Position numbers and translations under genes: made by a program | Assembly: GCA_046290465.1 (NCBI GenBank) | Contig: JBKAGP010000001.1 | Span: 4,160,001 to 4,224,000 of the forward strand | Source of the DNA: Planctomycetota bacterium | Lineage (GTDB): Bacteria; Planctomycetota; UBA1135; UBA2386 | DNA: 64,000 bases | Direction of reading: 5' to 3' | Notes under the pieces: model-generated | Told to the model about the DNA's origin: nothing | The model's input: the letters and a program-made list of their open reading frames with translations, nothing else | Database searches by the model: none | Part shown: positions 41,979 through 53,740 of the stretch, piece by piece | Position numbering within the stretch: position 1 is the first letter of the stretch | Layout: each line of letters opens with the position of its first letter

Positions 41979-43697
41979 ATGGTGGCCCACAAACCCGACC
42001 TCGACGCACACAACTCCACCCCACGATCCCCGAACCCGAGTTCCGTAAACCCGAGTTCCCGAAACCCGGGTCCGCGAAACCCGAGTGCCCAGGGCCCCAA
42101 CTCCTCGAACGGTGCGCAGCCTGGAGCTGCCAACACCGAAACCCTGAAGAAGCTGCTCGACCACCTGGTCGTGCACGTCCGCCGCGAGCAACTCGAGACC
42201 TGGTTCCGGTCTCTGGTCGTCGTGCGGGCCGAGGAGTCCGAAGTCGAATTGTCGGTCACCAGCCAGTTCGTCCGCGACTGGCTCGCCAAGAACTACCTCG
42301 CCGAACTGCAGGCGGCCGTCGACTCGGCCACCGGCTTTTCGAAGCACGCCGGCGCGACCGCCGGGCGCCGCCGTCTGATCCTCACGCACCGCGCCGAGGA
42401 CGGTCAGGACAGCCTGCGCCTGGTGCAGCCGTCGCCGACCGAGGAGATCGAGCGCCTGATGCGCGCGAGCGGCGCCTACGAAGGCGACGCCAACCGCGTG
42501 TCGTCGGCGAGTCCTTCTGCGACTCCTGCTGCTGGTCACCCGGCCGCCGGCAACTCCAACCCGGACGTGCGCACGATGGACGGCACGGCGATCCCGCCGC
42601 AGACGCGGACCTCGGCCAACGTGCCGGCCGCTCCCAGGGACGCCGCCGGTTCGAAGCGCCGCCTCGGCAACCCGCTCAACCCCAACTACACGTTCGACCG
42701 CTTCGTGGTCGGGCCGTGCAACCGCCTCGCGCACGCCTCGGCGCTGGCGATCGGCGAGAACCCGGGCCACGCCTACAACCCGCTGTTCGTGCACGGCAAC
42801 GTCGGCCTCGGCAAGACCCACCTGCTGCAGGCCATCTGCCACACGGTGCTGCGCCGCGACCCGAACGCCCGCGTGCTCTACATGAGCTGCGAGGACTTCA
42901 CCAACAGCTACATCCAGGCGATCCAGGCGCACGAGATCGACACGTTCCGCGACTACCACCGCGGCGCCGACGTGCTCGTCATCGATGACGTGCAGTTCCT
43001 CGCCAACAAGGAGAAGACCCAGGACGAGTTCTTCCACACGTTCAACGCGCTGTTCGACGGACAGCGCCAGATCGTGCTGTCGTCGGACCGGCCGCCGGTC
43101 GAGATCCCGACGATCGAAGAACGCCTGGTCAGCCGCTTCAAGTGGGGCCTGGTCGCCGAGGTCGAGACGCCGTGCGTCGACACCAGGAAGGCGATCGTCA
43201 GCCACAAGGCCGCCGGTCGCGGCGTCGACCTGCCGGACGACGTCGCGCAGTTCCTGGCCGAGCGCGTCACGTCGAACATCCGCGAGCTCGAAGGCGCGGT
43301 CATCAAGGTGGTCGGCTTCGCCGCGATCACCGACCAGCCGATCACGCTGGCGCTCGCCGAGAGCTGCCTGCGCGGCATGCCGATGCGTCGCGCCCAGGTC
43401 ACGGCCGAAGAGATCATGAGCCTGATCACCAGCGACTTCGCCATCACGGCGCGCGAGCTGATCGGCAAGAGCCGCACGCAGTCGGTCAGCCTGCCGCGAC
43501 AGATCGCGATGTTCCTGCTGCGTGAGCACACCGAGAACTCCCTCGAGGACATCGGCAAGATCTTCGGCAACCGCGACCACACCACGGTCATCTACGCGGT
43601 CAACAAGATCCGTGAGCGCTCGCAGAAGGACCGCATGTTCAAGGAGACGCTCGACGGTCTGAGCAGTCGCCTGATGACGCGCTCGTTCCGCTCCTGA
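41979..43697 (+). CDS. dnaA: Chromosomal replication initiator
   Basis: LNPNYTFDRFVVG, YNPLFVHGNVGLGKTHL, IDDVQF, RLVSRF, NIRELEG, RDHTTV. Start 41979 preferred over 41532. Confidence 0.96.
   Translation: MVAHKPDLDAHNSTPRSPNPSSVNPSSRNPGPRNPSAQGPNSSNGAQPGAANTETLKKLLDHLVVHVRREQLETWFRSLVVVRAEESEVELSVTSQFVRDWLAKNYLAELQAAVDSATGFSKHAGATAGRRRLILTHRAEDGQDSLRLVQPSPTEEIERLMRASGAYEGDANRVSSASPSATPAAGHPAAGNSNPDVRTMDGTAIPPQTRTSANVPAAPRDAAGSKRRLGNPLNPNYTFDRFVVGPCNRLAHASALAIGENPGHAYNPLFVHGNVGLGKTHLLQAICHTVLRRDPNARVLYMSCEDFTNSYIQAIQAHEIDTFRDYHRGADVLVIDDVQFLANKEKTQDEFFHTFNALFDGQRQIVLSSDRPPVEIPTIEERLVSRFKWGLVAEVETPCVDTRKAIVSHKAAGRGVDLPDDVAQFLAERVTSNIRELEGAVIKVVGFAAITDQPITLALAESCLRGMPMRRAQVTAEEIMSLITSDFAITARELIGKSRTQSVSLPRQIAMFLLREHTENSLEDIGKIFGNRDHTTVIYAVNKIRERSQKDRMFKETLDGLSSRLMTRSFRS
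42033..42092 (+). repeat. Four 15-bp tandem repeats in the dnaA 5' region
   Basis: AACCCGAGTTCCGTA, AACCCGAGTTCCCGA, AACCCGGGTCCGCGA, AACCCGAGTGCCCAG. Confidence 0.85.
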
Positions 43698-44243
43698 TCG
43701 CCGATCGGCGGACGGGTCTCTTGAGGCTCGCCCCTCGCAGGGGAGGATCCGCCGTCGCGCCCCCGAAGCCCATCGGATGCGGCGTGGTGCGGCAATCTCT
43801 TGACGCCTTGGGGCTCGCCGACGAGCCGCGTAGCACCACCGGAAACGAAGCCGTCACGAGACCCGTGCAAACGCTCCGGACTCGTTTTGGAGCCTCCGCG
43901 GACAACCCTGGACGCTTGTCCGCAGGTCTGGCGACGACCCCCGTCGACTCTCCCCGTGGGGGGAACCGCTCGAACTCTCCGAGCACGTTTTCCGATCGCT
44001 TTTCAACAACCGAGATCGCAGGGAAACAGGGCTTTCGCGTCGATCCTGAGGGGTTTGGCGGCTATCCTCCTCAGACTCGTGACGGCACGGGTGAGTGAGT
44101 AAGAGAGAGAATTCTCTACCTAAGAACACTCACCCCGTGTCGCGCGCGATCGGCCAGGCTCGGAGCTGGCTTCACGAACCAGAACCAGGACGTGAAGCAC
44201 GAGTCGGGTCCCACCTGCATCTGAGTTCTCTGACCTGCTAACG
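43698..44243. other. Probable oriC (dnaA-dnaN intergenic region)
   Basis: 546-bp gap without a convincing gene; degenerate DnaA boxes at 43897-43905 (minus), 43916-43924 and 44000-44008; A/G-rich tract 44091-44132. Confidence 0.6.
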
Positions 44244-45347
44244 ATGAAAATCCTCTGCGATCGAGCGGCGTTGCTGGAAGCCGTCAGCGTCGTGTCCTCG
44301 GTGGTCCCGTCGAAGACCACCAAGCCGATCCTGCAGAACGTCCTGCTGCGCGCCGACAGCGAAGGCATCTCGCTGTTCGCCACCGACCTCGAGATGGCGG
44401 CGAAGGTCCGCCTCGACTCGGTCAAGGTCAGCAAGGAAGGTTCGGTGTTGCTGCCGGGCAAGGAGACCGCCGCGCTGCTGCGCGAGCTCAGCGACCCGAC
44501 GGTGACGTTCGAGAGCTCCGACCTGCGTTGCCGCATCGACAGCGGCGGCGGTTCGTTCGTGCTGCTCGGCGAGGATCCGGAGCAGTTCCCGGCCGAGGCT
44601 TCGGTCGCCTCGGGCAAGAAGCTCGATATCCCGTCCGGTGTGCTGCTCAGGATGATCCAGGAGACGATGTTCGCGGCGGCCCGGGAGGAGACCCGCTACG
44701 CGATCAACGGCGTTCTGGTGGACGTTGGCGGCGGCTGTGTGCGTCTGGTGGCGACGGACGGTCGTCGACTGGCGATCAGCTACCAGAACGACGTGCACTC
44801 CGAGGACGACGTCGCCTTCAAGGCGGTCGTGCCGCTGCGGGCACTGCAGACGCTGGCGCGCGCGCTCACCGACGAGAGCAAGGAGAACCTGAGCATCGCG
44901 GTCGGCGACAAGCAGATCGTGTTCACGACCGGCCAGATGCAGCTCGTCAGCCAGCTGCTCGACACGCGCTTCCCCGACTACGAAGGCGTCATGCCCAAGG
45001 CCGCCGACACCACCGTCGAGGTGCAGAAGGCCGTGCTCGAAGGGGCGCTGCGCCGCGCCGCGATCCTGTGTTCGGCCGACATGCGCATGGTGCGCTTCGA
45101 CGTCGGCGACCAGCAGATGAAGATGACCGCCGAGAGCTCGGCCCGCGGCCGCGCCGACATCGCGATCGACGCGGTGGTCAAGGGGGCCGGCGGCAACATC
45201 AACTTCAACCCGGACTACATCCTCGAGGCGCTGCGGCAGTGCGACCTCGAGCAGGTGCGTCTGGACATGTCGGACGACTCGATGCCGGCCAAGTTCACGC
45301 TGGGCGAGTCGTTCACCTACGTCGTCATGCCGATCAGCGGCGCCTGA
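44244..45347 (+). CDS. dnaN: DNA polymerase III beta clamp
   Basis: KPILQNVLL, ATDLE, TRYAINGV, VATDGRRLA, FPDY, FNPDY, VVMP. Confidence 0.96.
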   Translation: MKILCDRAALLEAVSVVSSVVPSKTTKPILQNVLLRADSEGISLFATDLEMAAKVRLDSVKVSKEGSVLLPGKETAALLRELSDPTVTFESSDLRCRIDSGGGSFVLLGEDPEQFPAEASVASGKKLDIPSGVLLRMIQETMFAAAREETRYAINGVLVDVGGGCVRLVATDGRRLAISYQNDVHSEDDVAFKAVVPLRALQTLARALTDESKENLSIAVGDKQIVFTTGQMQLVSQLLDTRFPDYEGVMPKAADTTVEVQKAVLEGALRRAAILCSADMRMVRFDVGDQQMKMTAESSARGRADIAIDAVVKGAGGNINFNPDYILEALRQCDLEQVRLDMSDDSMPAKFTLGESFTYVVMPISGA

Positions 45348-45361
45348 TCGGTAGCCCACCC

Positions 45362-45679
45362 GTGAAGCGACCCAACGGATCCGACCCGCTGCCGATCGGC
45401 GACTTCCTCAAGGACATCGTCAAGCAGGCTGGTTCCGGCAGGTCGCGACGGGTCTACCTCGACGCGCTCGAACAGATCCTCGGACCCGAACTCTCGCCCC
45501 ACTGCCAGATCCTGAGCTGCCGCAAGGGCCGACTCGTCGTCGAGCTCGATTCGGCGCCGCTCTACGCCGAACTGAGCGGCTTCCGCAGGGAAGAGCTCCG
45601 CAACCGCATCAACGAACTCGTCCCGGACCAACCGATCGCCGACCTGGCCTTCCGTCTGGGCGGCACGGGACACGCCTGA
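45362..45679 (+). CDS. dciA: DciA/DUF721 family helicase-loading factor
   Basis: 105 aa; PIGDFL...ILGPELSPHC...GRLVVELDSAPLYAEL...LRNRIN; position between dnaN and gyrB. Confidence 0.78.
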   Translation: MKRPNGSDPLPIGDFLKDIVKQAGSGRSRRVYLDALEQILGPELSPHCQILSCRKGRLVVELDSAPLYAELSGFRREELRNRINELVPDQPIADLAFRLGGTGHA

Positions 45680-48220
<2,541 letters not shown>

Positions 48221-48247
48221 GGCACGACACACACCGGGGGACGTCTG

Positions 48248-48679
48248 ATGTCCGATTCGCTACGGCCGTTCCACTTTGCGTTTCCGGTCGACGACCTCGA
48301 AGCGTCGCGTCGCTTCTACGTCGACGTGCTCGGCTGCGGCGTCGGCCGGTCCAGCGACCGCTGGATCGACTTCGACCTGTTCGGCCACCAGGTCGTCGCG
48401 CACCTGGTCGACCGCTCGGAGCTGCCGCCGAGCAACGTCAATCCGGTCGACGGCGACCATGTCCCGGTGCCCCACTTCGGCGTCGTGCTCGAGTGGCAGC
48501 GCTGGCACGACTTTGCCGACCACCTGCGCGAGCGCGGCGTCGCCTTCGTCCTCGAGCCGCGCGTGCGCTTCGAGGGCCAGCCCGGCGAGCAGGCGACGAT
48601 GTTCTTCCGCGACCCGGCCGGCAATGCGCTGGAGTTCAAGTCGTTCCGGGACCTCGGCCAGCTGTTCGCGCAGCAGTAG
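48248..48679 (+). CDS. VOC/glyoxalase-family protein
   Basis: [46 protein letters not shown]. Confidence 0.92.
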   Translation: MSDSLRPFHFAFPVDDLEASRRFYVDVLGCGVGRSSDRWIDFDLFGHQVVAHLVDRSELPPSNVNPVDGDHVPVPHFGVVLEWQRWHDFADHLRERGVAFVLEPRVRFEGQPGEQATMFFRDPAGNALEFKSFRDLGQLFAQQ

Positions 48680-48703
48680 GAGCGCAGCGCGGCGCGCAGC
48701 CGC

Positions 48704-49444
48704 TCAGCGCTCGTCGGGTTCGCGGCGACGGAGCTGCTCGAGCTTGACCGTCAACGCGGCTCGCGCCCTCGACAGCAACATGCGGGTCGCCGCGATCGAG
48801 CGGCCGCTGGTCGTCGCGACCTCCTCGACCGGAACCCCACCGAACACGACCTGCTCGATGACGCCGCGATGTTCGTCGCGTAGCTCGCCGAGCGCGCGGT
48901 AGACCAGCTCGACGTCCTCCTGCCGCTGCAGCTGCGACAACGGCGATGTGGTCGTGCGCAGGTAGGCGAGCGTCAGTGCATCGAGCTCGGTCGTGCGGCT
49001 CGGCGGCTTGCGCTTCTTGGCGGTCAGGAACCGGTGCTGCCGGCGTGCGGTGTTCTCGATGATGGTCGTGATCCACGAGTAGAACTCGGCCTCGCTGGAT
49101 CCCTCGAAGTTCGGCGCCTGACGAACGACCTCGACGTAGGCGTCCTGCAGCACGTCGGACACCCGGGTCCGGCCGCGCAGCGCATCGCCGACGCGTCGTT
49201 CGCCGTCCTGGCGGAAGCGGCTCTGCAGGCGGGTCAGCAGGCGATCGAGGGCCTGGTGGTCGCCGTTGCGAACGCGCTGCAGGTCGAGCAGGAACGCATC
49301 GCCCTCACCAGGGTCGATCGGATCGGGGCCTGCGGGATTGGGGCCTGTCGGATCAGAACCTGTCGGATCAGAGTTTGCCGGATCGGAGTCTGCCGGATCG
49401 GGGCCTGCCGGATCGGGACCTGTCGGATCGCGCGTCTCGTTCAT
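48704..49444 (-). CDS. ECF sigma factor with N-terminal pentapeptide repeats
   Basis: GDHQALDRL, SDVLQDAY...FEGSSEAEFYSWITTI, EEVA...AATRMLLSRARAAL. Confidence 0.88.
   Translation of the reverse strand: MNETRDPTGPDPAGPDPADSDPANSDPTGSDPTGPNPAGPDPIDPGEGDAFLLDLQRVRNGDHQALDRLLTRLQSRFRQDGERRVGDALRGRTRVSDVLQDAYVEVVRQAPNFEGSSEAEFYSWITTIIENTARRQHRFLTAKKRKPPSRTTELDALTLAYLRTTTSPLSQLQRQEDVELVYRALGELRDEHRGVIEQVVFGGVPVEEVATTSGRSIAATRMLLSRARAALTVKLEQLRRREPDER
49320..49430 (-). repeat. About seven 15-bp tandem repeats encoding DP(T/A)xx pentapeptides
   Basis: GGAT(C/T)-anchored 15-bp units; protein DPTGP DPAGP DPADS DPANS DPTGS DPTGP NPAGP. Confidence 0.9.
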
Positions 49445-49626
49445 GTGCTCGTTGCATGGCGCGGCTGCGCTCGCCATCTCCCGCGCAGGTTAGGATCGCA
49501 TCCGTTCGGGGTCTTCGACAAGTCCCACCGACGCTCGACGCAATTTGGAGAGATGGTGCGTTATGTCACCGAACGACCTGCACCCTGGTGACGGCTCGTC
49601 GTGAGCCGCCATACAGAGGAAACCGT

Positions 49627-50772
49627 ATGAACCGCAAACCGTCGCCACGGCTCGCCGCCGTTCTCTTCACCGTCACGCTGCTCGCCGCACTGCTGCCGGC
49701 CCAGTCCTACCCCTCGTTGGTGATCGACGACGAGAGCAGCCAGCCGGTGCTCGAGTTCGACCTTGGCAACCCGACCGGAACCGGCGAGGGCGCTCGTCGG
49801 GCGATGCTGGTCTGCTACGTCGACATCATCGGCGACAGCGGGGGCCTGGCCGTGTTGATCAAGAAGTCGCTGGGCGCCGTCAGCACCTACCAGAGCCCGC
49901 CGACCACCGACCTGACGTCGTTCGTCGTGCCGGGCGCCGAGATCGTCGCCGGCGGGCTCCCCGTCAACGAGGTCTACACCGTGCCGCCGTCGGTGATCGC
50001 GCACGCGCTCGCCGAGATCGAATGGGCCTCGCTGGGAGGCTACGCCAAGACGTTCGGTGCGCCGATGACCTGGGACGCGACCGGCATGACCGGAGCCAAC
50101 GGCCTGCCGTGGGGCTCGTTCACGCACGGCACGTCGACGACCATGTTCGATATCGAAGGGCTGGTCCGAGCCTGCCTGGCCCGCCAGATCCACTACGCCA
50201 GCGGTCTTGCCATCGATCATGTCACCGTGCTCTCGCAGGTGGAGGCGATCGTCAGCACCTGCCGGACCGAAGCGCAGGACATCGCCCTCAACGCGGTCGT
50301 CGTCGAACTGCAGAACGGCGACGTCAACGATCCGCCGACGCCGTTGCGCATCAAGCTGTCGCGCAAGCGACGCGTCACGCTGCAGATCCCCGGTGCCGGT
50401 GGCACCACCAACGGCGCCTACGACGGCTTCTACCACTTCAACTACATCTACCCGGTGCACCAGGGTTCGACGCTCAAGGCGGAGCTGTTCGCGCAGCCCG
50501 AGGTCGGGCCCTACGAGTTCTTCCTGCCGACGGCTGCTGGATACATCGCCGTGCCCGCGACCCTGCACTCGCTGACGCCGCCGGGATACACCGACGCGAT
50601 CTTCTGGCTCGAGGCCACCGTGCCCGCCGGGGTCATCACGGGTCCGTTCGCGTGTTGGAACCTCAGCACGAGCCAATACCTGACGATGCAGGGCCTCAGT
50701 GGTGCAACCACCAGCTGCCACGTCTTCCACTCGCCGCACTCGGTGGCGTTCGTCCCGTTCGACCTCCCCTGA
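49627..50772 (+). CDS. Secreted hypothetical protein
   Basis: AGAGGA SD; signal peptide MNRKPSPRLAAVLFTVTLLAALLPA-Q; no recognised family. Confidence 0.7.
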   Translation: MNRKPSPRLAAVLFTVTLLAALLPAQSYPSLVIDDESSQPVLEFDLGNPTGTGEGARRAMLVCYVDIIGDSGGLAVLIKKSLGAVSTYQSPPTTDLTSFVVPGAEIVAGGLPVNEVYTVPPSVIAHALAEIEWASLGGYAKTFGAPMTWDATGMTGANGLPWGSFTHGTSTTMFDIEGLVRACLARQIHYASGLAIDHVTVLSQVEAIVSTCRTEAQDIALNAVVVELQNGDVNDPPTPLRIKLSRKRRVTLQIPGAGGTTNGAYDGFYHFNYIYPVHQGSTLKAELFAQPEVGPYEFFLPTAAGYIAVPATLHSLTPPGYTDAIFWLEATVPAGVITGPFACWNLSTSQYLTMQGLSGATTSCHVFHSPHSVAFVPFDLP

Positions 50773-50799
50773 CCGGGGCCGTCACCAGGTCCGCATCGA

Positions 50800-53598
50800 A
50801 TGCACGATTCTTCGTCCGACGCCGACGACCCTCGGCTCGAGGCCGTGCTCGCACGGTGGTTCGAGCAGCACTACCAGGGTGCTGTTCCGGACCTGCTCGA
50901 ACTGTGTGACGGGGACCGGCAGCTGGCCGAGCGCGTCGGCGGGATGTTGGACCGACAGCAGGATCTGCTGGATCCGGTCGAGTCCCGCCAGATCCGTCGC
51001 CCGCTGCCGTTCGACCGCCTCGGCGACTACGAACTGAAGTCGCGGATCGGTGCCGGCGGCATGGGCGAGGTCTACCTCGCGCGCGAGGTCGCGCTCGATC
51101 GCATGGTGGCGCTCAAGGTGCTGCGCCGCGAGTTCGCCACGGACTCGATCCGACGACTCCGATTCCGCCGCGAAGCGCTGCTGATGGCCGCCCTGGACCA
51201 TCCGGGGATCGTGCCGATCTACGGCTCCGGCGAGGACCAGGGCTACGTGTTCCTCGCGATGAAGCTGCTGCCCGGCACGACCATGGATCGCGTCGGCGGC
51301 ACCTTCGAGCCACGGCGCATGGCGAAGATCGGCGCGCAGCTGGCGCGGGCGCTGCACGCCGCGCACGAGGTCGAGATCGTGCACCGGGACATCAAGCCCG
51401 GCAACGTGCAGATCGACGGCGACGACGCCTGGGTGCTCGACTTCGGCCTCGCGCGTGGTCGCATCGACATGACGCTGACCAGCGAGGGCGAGGCGCCCGG
51501 CACGCTCGCCTACATGCCGCCCGAACAGCTGCGCGGCGACGGTTCGGGCTTCGACCCCCGCGGGGACATCTACTCGCTCGGCGCAACGCTCTATCACGGC
51601 GTCGCCGGCGTGCCGCCGTTCGACGAGGACACGCCCGAGGCGTTGGTGCGCACGGTCCTGCTGCAGGATCCGCGCCGCGTCTGCGATCAGCTCAAGGACC
51701 GCGACTTCGACACGATCCTGCAGCGCGCGCTCGAGAAGCAGCCGACGCGTCGCTTCCCGACCGCGCTCGCATTCGCCGAGGATCTCGAACGGTTCGCCGC
51801 TGGCGAGCCGATCGAATCGCGCCCGCCGAGCGCGCTGTCGCGCGGGCTGAAGCTGGTGCGGCGCCACCGGGTCGTCGCCGCCTCGCTGTTGGCCGCCATG
51901 CTGGTCGCGGTGGTGCTGGTGCCGCAGCTGTGGCGCAACGCCCGCGAACGGGCCGCGCAGCTCGATCGTCGCTTCGCCGTGGTGCAGAGCGCGATCGACG
52001 ACGAACGACCGGCGGTGGCGCTGCGACGGTTGCGTGAGTTGCGCCAGGACGACGGCGTGCGCGCCAGCGTGCGGTTCGCGGCGGCGTGGCGGCTCGCCGA
52101 GGCGACGCTGCGGCGCGATGCGATGCTCGATCGCATCCAACTCGACTGCGTCTATCGGGGCAGCGTGCTCGACGAGGAGTTTCCGGCCGCCCTGCAGGAC
52201 CTTCCGGATGCTCTGCGCGAGCAACCGATGACCCTTCTCGCCATGGCCTTCGTCCAGCGCGAACGGGGGGACGCGGCCGCGTCCACGCGGCTCGCCCACC
52301 GTCTCGGTGCCACCGGCGCGTGCCCGCGCCTGGTCGCCGCGCTGCTCGCCGAACGCGAGGGCCGGGACCCCGTCACGGCCGCGACGGCCGCGCCGACCGG
52401 CACGCGTCCGGTCGACGACCATGTGTTCACGGCGGTCCTGCTGCGGCTCGTCGACGCTCCCCAAACCGCCGTCGACGCCGAGATCGAAGCGGCGTTGGCC
52501 AGCGACGACGAACATCCGCGCGCGCGGCTGATGGTCGGGGTCCGCCACTGGATCGCTCGCGACACGCGGCGGGCAGCCGAGGTCTTCACGCTGCTGCTCG
52601 ATCGCGACCGGCCGCGCGCGGAGCTGCACGTGATGATGGCCCAGATGGCCAACCATGACGGTGAGCCCGAGCGCGCGCGCAGCCACCTCGATCGGGCCCG
52701 ACGGGCTCTGGCCGAGACCGGTCGGGAGCCCAACCGGTGGCTCGCCCAGGCCGACTGCACCTGCGAGACGATCCTCGGTCGTCACGATCGGGCCGAGGAG
52801 TTGTTGGACCGGGCGCGCCAACGGTTCGGCGAGGACGAGTGGTTCGCGCTGGGTCGCGCGCACCTGCTGCTCGAACGCGAACGCTACCAACAGGCCTACG
52901 AACTGCTCGCGCGCCTGGCGACCTCCGCCGAGGTCCCGTGGAACCGCAGGCGGGCGCAGTCGTCGATGCTGCAGCTCGAGGTCGATGCGGCCGGGGACGA
53001 GCTGACGCCTGCACGTCTTCAGCAGCTGTTGGAACGCGCCGAGGACCTGTGCGCGCGCGCCGCCGCAGTGCGCGACCTCGGCACCGTGGTCGAATCCTCG
53101 ATGGTCCGCGCCGGGCTGTGCTACGCGATGTACGAAGCCACCATGGCGGCTGGCGATGCCGACCTGGCATCGGACTGGGAGCAGCGCTACTGGACGTCGC
53201 TCGAGCGGGTCGTGGCCATCGACGACCTGCACGTCGACGCGACGTTCGACATGGCGCAGCACGTCGCCAACCAGGTGTTGGCGTTCGAGTCCGGCCAGGG
53301 CAGCGCGCTCCTGGTCGGCGATCGTGCATTCGCGGCGCGGCGGCGTGCCGCCGAGCTGGTCCGACGTGCGCGCAGCGATGTCCGGCCGCCGACGCACCAG
53401 CTCGAACTCGCCGCGTTCGCGGCCCTGCTCAGCGCCGCGGTCGGGGACCGGCAGATGGCGATCGAGATGGGGGCGATCGCCCAGCACCTGCAGCGCGACG
53501 ACGACGACGGGGATCGGGCGCTGCAGATCCGCGCGCTGCTGGACCGCGCCCTCGCCTACCTGGGTCGCAGCGACTGGCCGGAGCCGCGCGACGGGTAG
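50800..53598 (+). CDS. Membrane Ser/Thr kinase with helical (TPR-like) C-terminus
   Basis: GAGGMGEVY, ALK, HRDIKPGN, DFG, GTLAYMPPEQ, TM helix. Confidence 0.92.
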   Translation: MHDSSSDADDPRLEAVLARWFEQHYQGAVPDLLELCDGDRQLAERVGGMLDRQQDLLDPVESRQIRRPLPFDRLGDYELKSRIGAGGMGEVYLAREVALDRMVALKVLRREFATDSIRRLRFRREALLMAALDHPGIVPIYGSGEDQGYVFLAMKLLPGTTMDRVGGTFEPRRMAKIGAQLARALHAAHEVEIVHRDIKPGNVQIDGDDAWVLDFGLARGRIDMTLTSEGEAPGTLAYMPPEQLRGDGSGFDPRGDIYSLGATLYHGVAGVPPFDEDTPEALVRTVLLQDPRRVCDQLKDRDFDTILQRALEKQPTRRFPTALAFAEDLERFAAGEPIESRPPSALSRGLKLVRRHRVVAASLLAAMLVAVVLVPQLWRNARERAAQLDRRFAVVQSAIDDERPAVALRRLRELRQDDGVRASVRFAAAWRLAEATLRRDAMLDRIQLDCVYRGSVLDEEFPAALQDLPDALREQPMTLLAMAFVQRERGDAAASTRLAHRLGATGACPRLVAALLAEREGRDPVTAATAAPTGTRPVDDHVFTAVLLRLVDAPQTAVDAEIEAALASDDEHPRARLMVGVRHWIARDTRRAAEVFTLLLDRDRPRAELHVMMAQMANHDGEPERARSHLDRARRALAETGREPNRWLAQADCTCETILGRHDRAEELLDRARQRFGEDEWFALGRAHLLLERERYQQAYELLARLATSAEVPWNRRRAQSSMLQLEVDAAGDELTPARLQQLLERAEDLCARAAAVRDLGTVVESSMVRAGLCYAMYEATMAAGDADLASDWEQRYWTSLERVVAIDDLHVDATFDMAQHVANQVLAFESGQGSALLVGDRAFAARRRAAELVRRARSDVRPPTHQLELAAFAALLSAAVGDRQMAIEMGAIAQHLQRDDDDGDRALQIRALLDRALAYLGRSDWPEPRDG

Positions 53599-53740
53599 CG
53601 AAGCAGCCGTTCTCGAAAGCGCCCGTTATCGGCGATCGGGGATGGCACCTCTGTTGGTGGGACCCGCGTCGACGTGATGCGGCGACCACCTCCTGAGCCG
53701 GGCGCACCGAGGCCGGCTCGATCCCTTGCAGAGGTCCATC

